NCBI GenBank assembly: GCA_016839445.1
Contig: JAEOUG010000042.1
Coordinates: forward strand, 1-19,599
From: Candidatus Thorarchaeota archaeon
GTDB taxonomy: Archaea; Asgardarchaeota; Thorarchaeia; Thorarchaeales; Thorarchaeaceae
DNA length: 19,599 nucleotides
Direction: 5' to 3'
Shown: positions 1 through 8,200 of the stretch, in pieces
How positions within the stretch are numbered: the stretch's first letter is position 1
Layout: each line of letters begins with the position of its first letter
Made by a program: the position numbers and the translations under genes
The notes under the pieces: model-generated
What the model was told of the DNA's origin: nothing
The model's input: the letters and a program-made list of their open reading frames with translations, nothing else
Database searches by the model: none

Positions 1-224
1 AGATATTCATGCGAGCGGGGGGTATTGTGACAAACTCCACATGCGGTGCGTGTGTCGGGGGTCATCTTGGAGTCCTTGGAGCAGGGGAAGTATGCATTTC
101 GAGCACGAACAGGAACTTCAGAGGACGAATGGGGCATCAGGACTCTCGCATATACCTGGCCTCTCCTGCGACGGTGGCAGCCAGTGCCTTGACTGGCGTA
201 ATCACAGATCCGAGGAGGGGCTGA
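1..224 (+). CDS. leuC: 3-isopropylmalate dehydratase / homoaconitase-family large subunit, C-terminal fragment (5'-truncated by window edge)
   Basis: The frame is open from the window edge (..IFMRAGGIV). It contains the [4Fe-4S] ligand motif TCGACVG and the signature [14 protein letters not shown]...[18 protein letters not shown]. The small subunit follows after 3 nt. LeuC versus HacA cannot be resolved from this fragment. Confidence 0.9.
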   Translation, partial: IFMRAGGIVTNSTCGACVGGHLGVLGAGEVCISSTNRNFRGRMGHQDSRIYLASPATVAASALTGVITDPRRG

Positions 225-227
225 CGG

Positions 228-734
228 ATGGGCAAAAGTCTCTCGGACATAACCGGCCGCGCATGGGTCTTCGGAAACAACATAGACACGGACCAGATCA
301 TCCAAGGCCAGTACCTGACCATACTAGAATACCCGGTGATGGCCAAGCATACATTCGAAATTCCTAGGCCGCTATTCGCATCCAAGGTGAAAAGAAACGA
401 TGTGGTTGTGGCGGGACGCAACTTCGGCGGAGGTTCATCCCGAGAGGAAGCACCAAGAGTCTTGCTGGAACTCGGTGTTGGTGGCGTGGTTGCAGAGTCT
501 TTCGCGCGAATTTTCTACAGGAATTCCTTCAATCTAGGCCTTCCTCTGCTCATCATTCCCAATGTGGGCAAACTGGTTCAAGACGGAGACAGTGTGACAG
601 TGAATCTTCTGGAGGGCACACTGACTGTGAAGAAGAACGGTGACGTTCTCCACGGAAAGCCTCTATCAGAGCGAATGGTGAATCTCCTGAGAGCAGGTGG
701 TGCTGTTGAGTGGTTCAAACAGCACCGAGCCTGA
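228..734 (+). CDS. leuD: 3-isopropylmalate dehydratase / homoaconitase-family small subunit (archaeal type, 168 aa)
   Basis: Motifs GRAWVFGNNIDTDQII, AGRNFGGGSSREEAP and AESFARIFYRNSFNLGLP. SD-like GAGGAGG at 212-218. Confidence 0.92.
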   Translation: MGKSLSDITGRAWVFGNNIDTDQIIQGQYLTILEYPVMAKHTFEIPRPLFASKVKRNDVVVAGRNFGGGSSREEAPRVLLELGVGGVVAESFARIFYRNSFNLGLPLLIIPNVGKLVQDGDSVTVNLLEGTLTVKKNGDVLHGKPLSERMVNLLRAGGAVEWFKQHRA

Positions 735-748
735 ACTATCCATTTCGC

Positions 749-1633
749 CTATCGCTTCTTTGATAGCTGGCGCAGGGCCTCCTTGACATCATCTTCAGTG
801 ACCTCTTCAGACTCGATGTCAAATGATTCTGCGGCACTGGCCGGCGAAGGCGCATCCGCGCGAAGGGCCCGCTTCCTGAAGCCTCCGGCGCGCACCTTAG
901 CAGTAATCGTGGCAATCTGCTCCTCGGACATGTGACCGTCTTCAGGTATATCCTCAATCGATGCGCCAAGTTCTTCCAGGACTGACTGCTGAATGGCAAT
1001 CTTATCGATCTCCTCAATGGCAACTCCAGTGATGATGCTCACAAGCTTCTCGGCCTCGTCAAGCGGGAAGAACTTCCCCCGAGTTCCTGATGCAATCTTC
1101 TCAAAGGTCTTCACTGCATTCTGATAACCCGCAATCTCCGGATAGCATCCAACCGTGTGGACGACTATTCCCTTCTCAAATGCGCGTTCCACTTCTTTTT
1201 CCCATTTGATGCCGCTTGGTGGACCGTCTGGCCAGCGGTCACCAGGCTCAACCCCATGCGGAGGAGCGTCGGCAATGAGGACCACTATCTTCGCTGCATC
1301 AAGTAGGAACTCCATCCGGTTCGCCGCATCAAGAGCATCAGATACGGCCTCGGGGCCGTCACCTCCTCCATCGGCGGCCATCTCTTTCACGTTCTGCTCA
1401 ATCTTGGAGGTGTCTTGAGTTAGCTCGTATTTCTTAGTGACGAAGGTGGTTTCCTCAGGAGGATGGTCCCGGTATGCCACTAGGCCCACCCTGAGGCGGT
1501 GGCAGAGTTCCTCCTTCTTGATGGTTCTGATGATTTCCAGAATCTTGCGTTTTGTCACTTCGATGTATGGACCCATAGACCCCGTGTTATCAACCACGAA
1601 GACGAGGTCCAACTGACCTAGTTTCTCGGACAT
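749..1633 (-). CDS. Soluble von Willebrand factor A (vWA) domain protein with intact MIDAS-like motif, 294 aa
   Basis: DLVFVVDNTGSMG (DxTxS MIDAS), RVGLVAYRDH, GGGDGPEAV and VLIADAPPHG. No signal peptide or TM segment. ATG 1633 is preferred over TTG 1648 because AGGTGA (1639-1644) lies 5 nt upstream of it. Confidence 0.88.
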   Translation of the reverse strand: MSEKLGQLDLVFVVDNTGSMGPYIEVTKRKILEIIRTIKKEELCHRLRVGLVAYRDHPPEETTFVTKKYELTQDTSKIEQNVKEMAADGGGDGPEAVSDALDAANRMEFLLDAAKIVVLIADAPPHGVEPGDRWPDGPPSGIKWEKEVERAFEKGIVVHTVGCYPEIAGYQNAVKTFEKIASGTRGKFFPLDEAEKLVSIITGVAIEEIDKIAIQQSVLEELGASIEDIPEDGHMSEEQIATITAKVRAGGFRKRALRADAPSPASAAESFDIESEEVTEDDVKEALRQLSKKR

Positions 1634-1675
1634 GCTTTTCACCTGCAAGTATTGACCCCACCCCGTATTGAACGC

Positions 1676-1728
1676 CTATAAGGTCTGAGAGTATACATTC
1701 TCGCAGTCTGACTGGAAAACGTTAAGAG
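1676..1728. promoter_or_regulatory. Divergent archaeal promoter region (putative BRE/TATA on both strands)
   Basis: On the + strand, GAAAAC-GTTAAGAG (1715-1728) lies about 50 nt upstream of ATG 1775. On the - strand, TTATAG (1676-1681) lies about 45 nt upstream of ATG 1633. Motif resemblance only. Confidence 0.4.
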
Positions 1729-1774
1729 TCCCCGGACTCAGACCATCCACACACCATCGGAGAGAGGACATCAC

Positions 1775-3553
1775 ATGAATGTCATTGTGTTTCTACTGAT
1801 TTCACTGATTCTGCATGCAATACCAATACCCTTCTCTAAGAGAATGCTGAGACCAAGAGAACTGCTGAAGTGGCTCCCACTCCGCTTGGTCTGGGGGACC
1901 ATTGCATGGATCGCAATTTGCATCGTAATGGTACAGACCCTGCCCTGGGCAGTGATGTCATTGGCCTTCAGCCTAGGCATCCTGTTGGTCTTCTCGAGTG
2001 GAGCAAGACCAGGAAGAATAGAGGACGTATTCGAGGGGATTCGCAAACCGTTCCTCTGCCTTGGGATCATAATCATCATTGTAGTTCCCATGTTCTCAGG
2101 TTTCATGAGCTGGACCTCAGGAGTTGCGAACGCCCAGTACTTCGACTCACGGATAGTAGAAACCGATGAGCCCCTCTTTGAGAATCCGATTCCAGACAAC
2201 ATGGTTCGCCTAGTCACACAGGAATACGCCATCTATGTAGCCAACCTTAGAATAGCCCCATTCGGATCAAACGTGGTGGTTGCTGCGGCGCACATAACGA
2301 CACGCAATGGGCGGCTGGTCTGGGTATGCACGATAGTCTCAACCAATGTTCTTGCTGAGAACTTCGTGAAGGGATTCATTGTCGTGGACGCAAACGACCC
2401 CCAGGAAGAACCTGAGATCATAACAGAAACGACAATGCCGGTAGGAGAGGGTCTGTTCTGGGACAGAAACATCCGCTTCGGCAACTACCTGAATGACATG
2501 ACCGCTTCATACCAGTACGCCTATCCGACATGGGATCCCTCAGGTGGGCTAGTATACGTTCAGACTAGAACACCAATCGGATTCGACTTCGTGGAGCGCG
2601 CAATCGGCCCGATTGTCTATGCTGAGAACGGCTCAGTGTACTCGTACGACTCCATCGAGGAAACTCCCGACTGGATCACTCAGGCATATGCAGAGGAGTG
2701 GCTTGAGAGGCAGGTTTCACGTTGGGGAGGGTACAGGCGCGGTGATGGTTTCGACCTGTTCGCAGGTGGATTTCTCTGGTTCATCAGGCCCTCCAATGAC
2801 AGACTGGAGATTCATGAGGACACCCGTTACATAGTGAATCCTGACACCAACAGGGTCGAGGCGTTTGTGACCATGAATCCGGTGACAAATGACCGTACTC
2901 TGGCAGGCGTCTTCAGAGCCAACAGCACGAAAGTCACATACCACGACATGAGCACGTTGGGGTACCTAAGCGGCGATGCCGCCTGGAAGAATGTCGTGGC
3001 GAACATACCAGATCCTGCCACGGGTATGTATCGCGGAGCAATGCCGCTCCTGTATCCTGTGCAGATCAATTCGACTCTGACGAAGTGGACTTGGTATGCT
3101 CCCATCTACTGGATGGACGGCGGCTATGATGATGAGGGGTACTACTACATCAGCAACATGAACCTGCACGGCCTTGCTTTGGTGGATGCCTCAAACATAG
3201 ACAGATACGTCTTCGTGCCGACGGGAGGAACCCTCTCTGGTGCGGACCTCGTCTACGAAACTCGCTCCAATTATGTCGAGCTCTTCGGCGGCAGTCTTGA
3301 ACCCGAGCCAACAGGCGAGTTCAATATGACTGCTTCAGTAGTGGACATTCGGGAATACATCACCGATGATGAGACCCATATTGTGCTGCGGACCGATAAT
3401 TCAACGTACGAGTACCTCGAAGGCACATCAGTCTGGATGGACACTGAGTCCTGGTACACTCTGCTCTTTGATATCGGAGTGAGTGACAGCTTCACTGCCA
3501 CCGTCCGTGTGGTGAACGGAATCAACCGGATAATCGCAATCATCAAGAACTAG
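1775..3553 (+). CDS. Hypothetical membrane protein, 592 aa: about 4 N-terminal hydrophobic helices plus a large extracytoplasmic beta-rich region
   Basis: Long ORF with SD-like GAGGA before the ATG. Hydrophobic segments in aa 1-112. The remainder is Y/T/D/G-rich with N-glycosylation sequons (NGS, NST x3, NMT). No catalytic motif recognised. Confidence 0.85.
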   Translation: MNVIVFLLISLILHAIPIPFSKRMLRPRELLKWLPLRLVWGTIAWIAICIVMVQTLPWAVMSLAFSLGILLVFSSGARPGRIEDVFEGIRKPFLCLGIIIIIVVPMFSGFMSWTSGVANAQYFDSRIVETDEPLFENPIPDNMVRLVTQEYAIYVANLRIAPFGSNVVVAAAHITTRNGRLVWVCTIVSTNVLAENFVKGFIVVDANDPQEEPEIITETTMPVGEGLFWDRNIRFGNYLNDMTASYQYAYPTWDPSGGLVYVQTRTPIGFDFVERAIGPIVYAENGSVYSYDSIEETPDWITQAYAEEWLERQVSRWGGYRRGDGFDLFAGGFLWFIRPSNDRLEIHEDTRYIVNPDTNRVEAFVTMNPVTNDRTLAGVFRANSTKVTYHDMSTLGYLSGDAAWKNVVANIPDPATGMYRGAMPLLYPVQINSTLTKWTWYAPIYWMDGGYDDEGYYYISNMNLHGLALVDASNIDRYVFVPTGGTLSGADLVYETRSNYVELFGGSLEPEPTGEFNMTASVVDIREYITDDETHIVLRTDNSTYEYLEGTSVWMDTESWYTLLFDIGVSDSFTATVRVVNGINRIIAIIKN

Positions 3554-3559
3554 GAAGCT

Positions 3560-3589
3560 GGTTGGGGCGGCTTCTCAGCTGCCCCCACC
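3560..3589. terminator. GC-rich hairpin between convergent genes (possible terminator or transcript-end structure)
   Basis: GGGGCGGCT-tctc-AGCTGCCCC (9 bp with one G-U), extended by GGT/ACC, just after the 3553 stop. There is no long T-tract. Confidence 0.4.
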
Positions 3590-3627
3590 TACTCTCGGAC
3601 ATTATGTCGGCCCGAACCTCAGCCAGA

Positions 3628-4794
3628 CTAGAGAGAGAACTCCTTGAACACCTCTCGTTGTATGAGAAAACGGAGGATCTCCGCGGTACCACCCCCGATG
3701 GTCATCAGGCGGGCGTCACGTAGAAACCGCTCAATAGGATAGTCCGTAGTGTATCCCATGCCTCCGAGAATCTGCAGCGCGTCGTTGGTCACCTGAATCG
3801 CTGCTTCAGTGGTATAGAGCTTGGCTATCGAGGCCTCTTTTGTGATCTTCTCGCCTCTGTCGTACATTCTCGCTGCGAGCAGAGTGAGTGCTCGTCCTGC
3901 CTCCAGCTTCATGGCCATGTCTGCAATCTTGAAGGATACTCCCTCAAAGGCCCGAATCGGACGACCAAACTGCTGGCGTTCGGTAGAATAACGCACTGCA
4001 ATCTCGTAGGGAGTACGGGCATACCCAATGGCCTCGCCAGCTATGGCGGTTCGTTCGGAGTCCAGCTCATCCATCAATATGTGGAAGCCCTGACCAGGCT
4101 CTCCAAGAACCATGTCTGAAGGGACCCGGACATCCTCCAGCTTCAACCATGAAACGCGTGCTGACTTCATTCCAAGAAGATCGTGGTCCTGGACAACGCT
4201 AAAGCCCTCGCTCTTCGTGTCAACGATGAAGGCCGTCATGCCCTCCTTGGACTTAACGTTCGGGTCAGTGATGGCAAAGGCACACATGTAGTCGGCTTGG
4301 CTACCGTTTGTGATGAACCGTTTCTCACCATTAAGAACCCATTCGTCGCCGTCCTTCTCTGCACGTGTCTTCATCCCTGCAGTGTCAGAGCCCACATCAG
4401 GTTCGGTGATTCCAATGCAGCCGATGAGGTCTCCAGAAACGATCGGCTCCAAGTACTTCTTCTTCTGCTCTGGAGTCCCGAAACGTGCAACTGGCATACC
4501 ATAGAGGGTGGTTGTGGCCATCCGTGCCATATCGAGACCTCCATTTACAGCCGAGATCTCTTCGGCCACAATGATCTCATAGGACAACCCCCTATTAGTG
4601 CCTCCCACGGACTTCTCATGGTGGACACCCATGTATCCTGCCTTCCCAATCTTCTTCAGCAACTCTCTTGGGTAGGGACCCTTGTCAATCTCATCTGCGA
4701 TGGGAGCAATTTCCTTCTGACAGAAACTCCGCACCTCGTGGCGGAATGCAATCTCATCGTCTGTCCACAGGGCTGTAGATAGGTAGTCCTTCAT
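3628..4794 (-). CDS. Acyl-CoA dehydrogenase (SCAD/IVD-like family), 388 aa
   Basis: Motifs IGITEPDVGSD, LNGEKRFITNG, ERQQFGRPI, FKIADMAM, ALQILGGMGY, ERFLRDARL and IGGGTAEI. The C-terminal IxEGT motif reads IGGGT, and LDSER provides the candidate helix-G Glu as in IVD/LCAD-type enzymes. Confidence 0.96.
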   Translation of the reverse strand: MKDYLSTALWTDDEIAFRHEVRSFCQKEIAPIADEIDKGPYPRELLKKIGKAGYMGVHHEKSVGGTNRGLSYEIIVAEEISAVNGGLDMARMATTTLYGMPVARFGTPEQKKKYLEPIVSGDLIGCIGITEPDVGSDTAGMKTRAEKDGDEWVLNGEKRFITNGSQADYMCAFAITDPNVKSKEGMTAFIVDTKSEGFSVVQDHDLLGMKSARVSWLKLEDVRVPSDMVLGEPGQGFHILMDELDSERTAIAGEAIGYARTPYEIAVRYSTERQQFGRPIRAFEGVSFKIADMAMKLEAGRALTLLAARMYDRGEKITKEASIAKLYTTEAAIQVTNDALQILGGMGYTTDYPIERFLRDARLMTIGGGTAEILRFLIQREVFKEFSL

Positions 4795-4827
4795 CGTTCG
4801 AACCTAGAAGTGGAAACAGAACACCTT

Positions 4828-4836
4828 CTTAAAACC
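4828..4836 (-). promoter_or_regulatory. Putative TATA box for the acyl-CoA dehydrogenase gene
   Basis: The minus strand reads GGTTTTAAG, ending 34 nt upstream of ATG 4794. No SD precedes that ATG, which fits a short-leader transcript. Confidence 0.45.
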
Positions 4837-4862
4837 GTAACTCATAGAGAGGGATTGAGTAC

Positions 4863-5186
4863 TCATTTCATGGGCCTGAAGCGGAGCCGCTCAGCATCAT
4901 CAAGACTCAGCTCCACATTTGCCCCAATCTTCAAGTCAGGAAACGTCGTCTTCTCTTCGAGAAGACACAGTACCGTGGCATCCTGTTCTAGTCGCACTAG
5001 GGCCATCATGAGAGGGGGTTCAAATCCTTCCGGAGGCATGTGGAGCAGAGTGTAACTGAGGATCTCTCCGCGGGGAGATAGTTCTGTGGGCTCCATTGAG
5101 CCAGCTATTCCACAGTAGGGGCAGAGGTCCCTGGGAGGTACAACTACTCGTGAGCATTTGCTGCACGTGGAGGACTTGACCTTCAT
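4863..5186 (-). CDS. DUF35-family Zn-ribbon + OB-fold protein (thiolase/acyl-CoA-associated scaffold), about 107 aa
   Basis: CSKC...PPRDLCPYCG Zn ribbon, then LSPRGEILSYT..H.PPEGFEPP..MALVRL OB fold. ATG 5186 (MKVKSSTC) avoids the overlap with the giant gene that the 5267 start in the ORF track would need. Confidence 0.88.
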   Translation of the reverse strand: MKVKSSTCSKCSRVVVPPRDLCPYCGIAGSMEPTELSPRGEILSYTLLHMPPEGFEPPLMMALVRLEQDATVLCLLEEKTTFPDLKIGANVELSLDDAERLRFRPMK

Positions 5187-5218
5187 CTGCGACACAGCCA
5201 CAGAGAGAGCTTGAGTCG

Positions 5219-5241
5219 AGAAAAGAGTTCCGTAAGGACTC
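5219..5241 (-). terminator. Possible terminator after the giant gene (alternatively a promoter/operator of the DUF35 gene)
   Basis: The minus strand reads GAGTCC-ttac-GGAACTC followed by TTTTCT, starting 3 nt after the TGA at 5245. Confidence 0.35.
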
Positions 5242-5244
5242 CCC

Positions 5245-8200
5245 TCACGACTCACCTTCAGGGCCAATGAAGGACTCCAGCAGACTGATCAGTTCCTGCT
5301 TGCTCAGGCGCTTAAGCTCCTTGGCGCTTACGGTCGACTTGATGTCATCAGGTAGCAGATCCATTAGCTCGTTCTTGCTCAGCTCTGAGAGGGGTAGCTC
5401 CGTTGTAAGAGGTACCGAAGGTTCGGTCGGCAGAGGTCCACCCACATCCGGGAGCGGCTCCTCAGGAGGCACGTATGACTCTATGAGACCCTCAATCTCC
5501 TTCTTCGATAGCTTCTGCAAGTCAGCTTCCGGAATTGCCTCTCGAATCTCAGGAGGCATTGAATCGAGTAGCTCCTTCTTGGTCAAAGGCCTCTCCGGAG
5601 TAGGCTCGACCTCCACTTCATCGATTTCAGCGGTCTCCGCTTCCACCACTGTGACTTCTTCTGCTTCAGGCTCAGCATCCGCAGAGGGGAGTTCTTCCTC
5701 AACCACCTCAACCTCGGGCTCGATTACGGGCTCCTCCACAACCTCCTCGACAGGTTCGGCAGCCAAATCCTCAGTTGGTATCTCAGGCTCAGCAGCAAGC
5801 TCAGTGTCCTCAAGCAATGCCGCTTCGGACTCCGCAGCCTCGGGCTCGGAAACGACCTCGTCTACCTCATCAAGCCCAGTTTCCTCCTCGATCTCGGGAG
5901 TGATTGCCTCTTCGATGTCCTCTGCTTCATCGACTCCGACCATGTCTTCCTCCAACGAGACTTCTGGCTCAGCGGCGCCCAGACCTTCGGGCTCGACATC
6001 GAAGTCCAGTCCTCCAGGAACACTTGGTTTTCGTCGGCGAGCAACAACAACTATGCCACCGATGGCAACTACACCCACGACGGCCGTCAGAGCTATCGTC
6101 TCGATGGGCAGACCTACTGAGCCGCCGGGAGCAAACTCCACAACCACACTCTGGGCATTGAGGTTCAGAACTTGGATTCCGTGTTCGTTGTCCCAGATGC
6201 TATCGACTCTGAAGGTGTAGCTACCTGCAACAGACTTTACCACTGACGCGGTCCAATACCCTGCTGCGTTGTAGGTCATGCTATGCACCATTGAACCGTC
6301 GGTCAGGCGAACCTCACCGTCGGTCACCGCGGTCTCGTCAAACTCGTATACCATTGTGACACGAATCTCGACACTCTGCCCCGCATTCAGCGAATCAGTG
6401 GATGCGGTTGTTGTTTCAACCCTAACACGATCCCAGATGACAGTCACATCACTGACTGTCTGCACGAAGTTGTCAATGTTCTCGAGGGACGCAGAGATAA
6501 TGCCGAAGCTTGAGCTCGTCACAGTGCTCTCTGAGTGAGAGGCAATCAGAAAACCGGTAGAAGGCAGCAAACTGATACCTCCGGTCATCTGAGAGACAAT
6601 ACCAGCGGCTACCGGTATGCCTGCGTTCTCAAGCCGTACACTCCAATTGAGTGAGATAGTGTCACCGATGTTGACGTGTGCGTCGGAGACAGACACCGCG
6701 TAGAACTCAAGTCGGTCCCAGTAGAAAGTGACACTCTGACCATCCATGTTGTACTCTGTTATGCCGTGGAGTGTGGCGTCGCAGGTAGTCAGGTCATCAA
6801 GCATGAGGGACTGGTAGGAACTCCTTGAGATAGAGGCCTCCCATCTGCCTGTGCCTACATGGGCCAACGCCTCTCCTGCTATGCTGAAGGATCCTGCCAG
6901 AACCCATGTGCCGTCGTACTCGTACTGGAGTGTGACTGCAACAGTGCCCGACTCATCAGGGTCGAAGTAGAACAGGGTGGCGGAGATGGAGACTACGTGG
7001 ACGCGGTCCCATATGACCCACGTCACATCACTTGACTGTATTAGCGTGATTCCGTGGTAGTCACCTGAAAGCGAGGATGCAACATAGCCCTGCCTCTGTG
7101 GTGATGAGTACTGGAAGTCGGTGTTGTTCAGGGTGACTGTCCCATCGAAGGGTGCGCCATCAAAGGCATAGACAGCTGAGACAAGAATACCTGTTGCATT
7201 GAGCCCAACGTCGATGCGTTGATCCGCGGGATTGGTTATTGACACCACCACGGCATCCCATATGACGCTCTGTGTTGAAGTCAGGACCGTGTAGTTGGAG
7301 ATTCCGTAGGTCGACTCCAAGACAGACACGATATCGAAGAAGTCCTGCTGTACTGATGCACGAGACCCCGACCAGTGCCATCGGGCCTCAACTGAATCCC
7401 AGGTGAGGACCAGCGATCCGTTGATCTCAATGGTCACACCAGATGTAATTTCAGAACTATCGTAGACGTATCTGGCCCTCCACCAGACCTCGCCGACTGT
7501 GTTGACGTTGACTCGCGAGTCAACGGTCCCTGCCTGATAGACCTCCACTCTGTCAGTAATGAACGTGTCAGTGACACTCGCGCCGAAGAAGAGGTCAGAA
7601 GAGCCAGAGCCTGCACCTTCAATCACAATCTTGAATGTGTAGGTGTTGAGACGTACTACGAGCGATGAGGAGATAGACCCGACTGTGAAGTCCCCGGCCA
7701 CAAGATTACCCATCCAAGTGCCCGACACGTCATGGACAATCCATACGTCGGTCTCGTTGGCAAGTGGGGTTATGCTAGAGCCATAGTAGATTACTGAGCC
7801 CTGAGCGACTAGGTCGGTTGTGTTCACATCCCCTCGGTCATCGGACAGACTGGGAGTCGCGGAGTAATCCAGCCTTGTCTCGACATTCCAGCCGAGTGAG
7901 TAGGAGTCTGCATCAGAGTCGATGCCGTCTGTGACGAGTTGCTCCACGTAGCAGCCGGAAACATCCGGATGTGTCCAATCAATCTTGATCATCCAGACAA
8001 TCTCGAGAACATCGCCCGTGCCAGAAGCGTAGGAGGACGCTGAGATGGTGAGGAAGCTACCTCCGAGCTCAACACTGAATACTCCAGTTGCTCGCGTGTA
8101 TCGGAGAATCCAGATAACAGTGCTGTTGTCATCAGCAAGGAGGGTTAGCTCGACATAGCTGATGCTGAGGTACCCGTTTGCATCGCTCACGTTGCTAGTG

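Noticed and set aside
3598-3608. Palindrome GACAT-T-ATGTC
   Set aside because: It is short, lies between convergent 3' ends where an operator is unlikely, and is compatible with chance.
4183-4782. 199-aa + strand ORF and similar antisense ORFs (1771-2232, 14083-14586, 18064-18576, 18510-18938)
   Set aside because: All lie opposite well-supported genes and show no recognisable motifs.
5187-5267. N-terminal extension of the DUF35 ORF given in the ORF track (start 5267)
   Set aside because: It overlaps the giant gene's 3' end and crosses a hairpin/T-tract. Family similarity starts at MKVKSSTC (5186).
5267-6220. 317-aa Ser-rich ORF on the + strand
   Set aside because: Antisense shadow of the Glu-rich tail of the giant protein (GAG/GAA runs give TCx codons and few stops). 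No independent coding signal.
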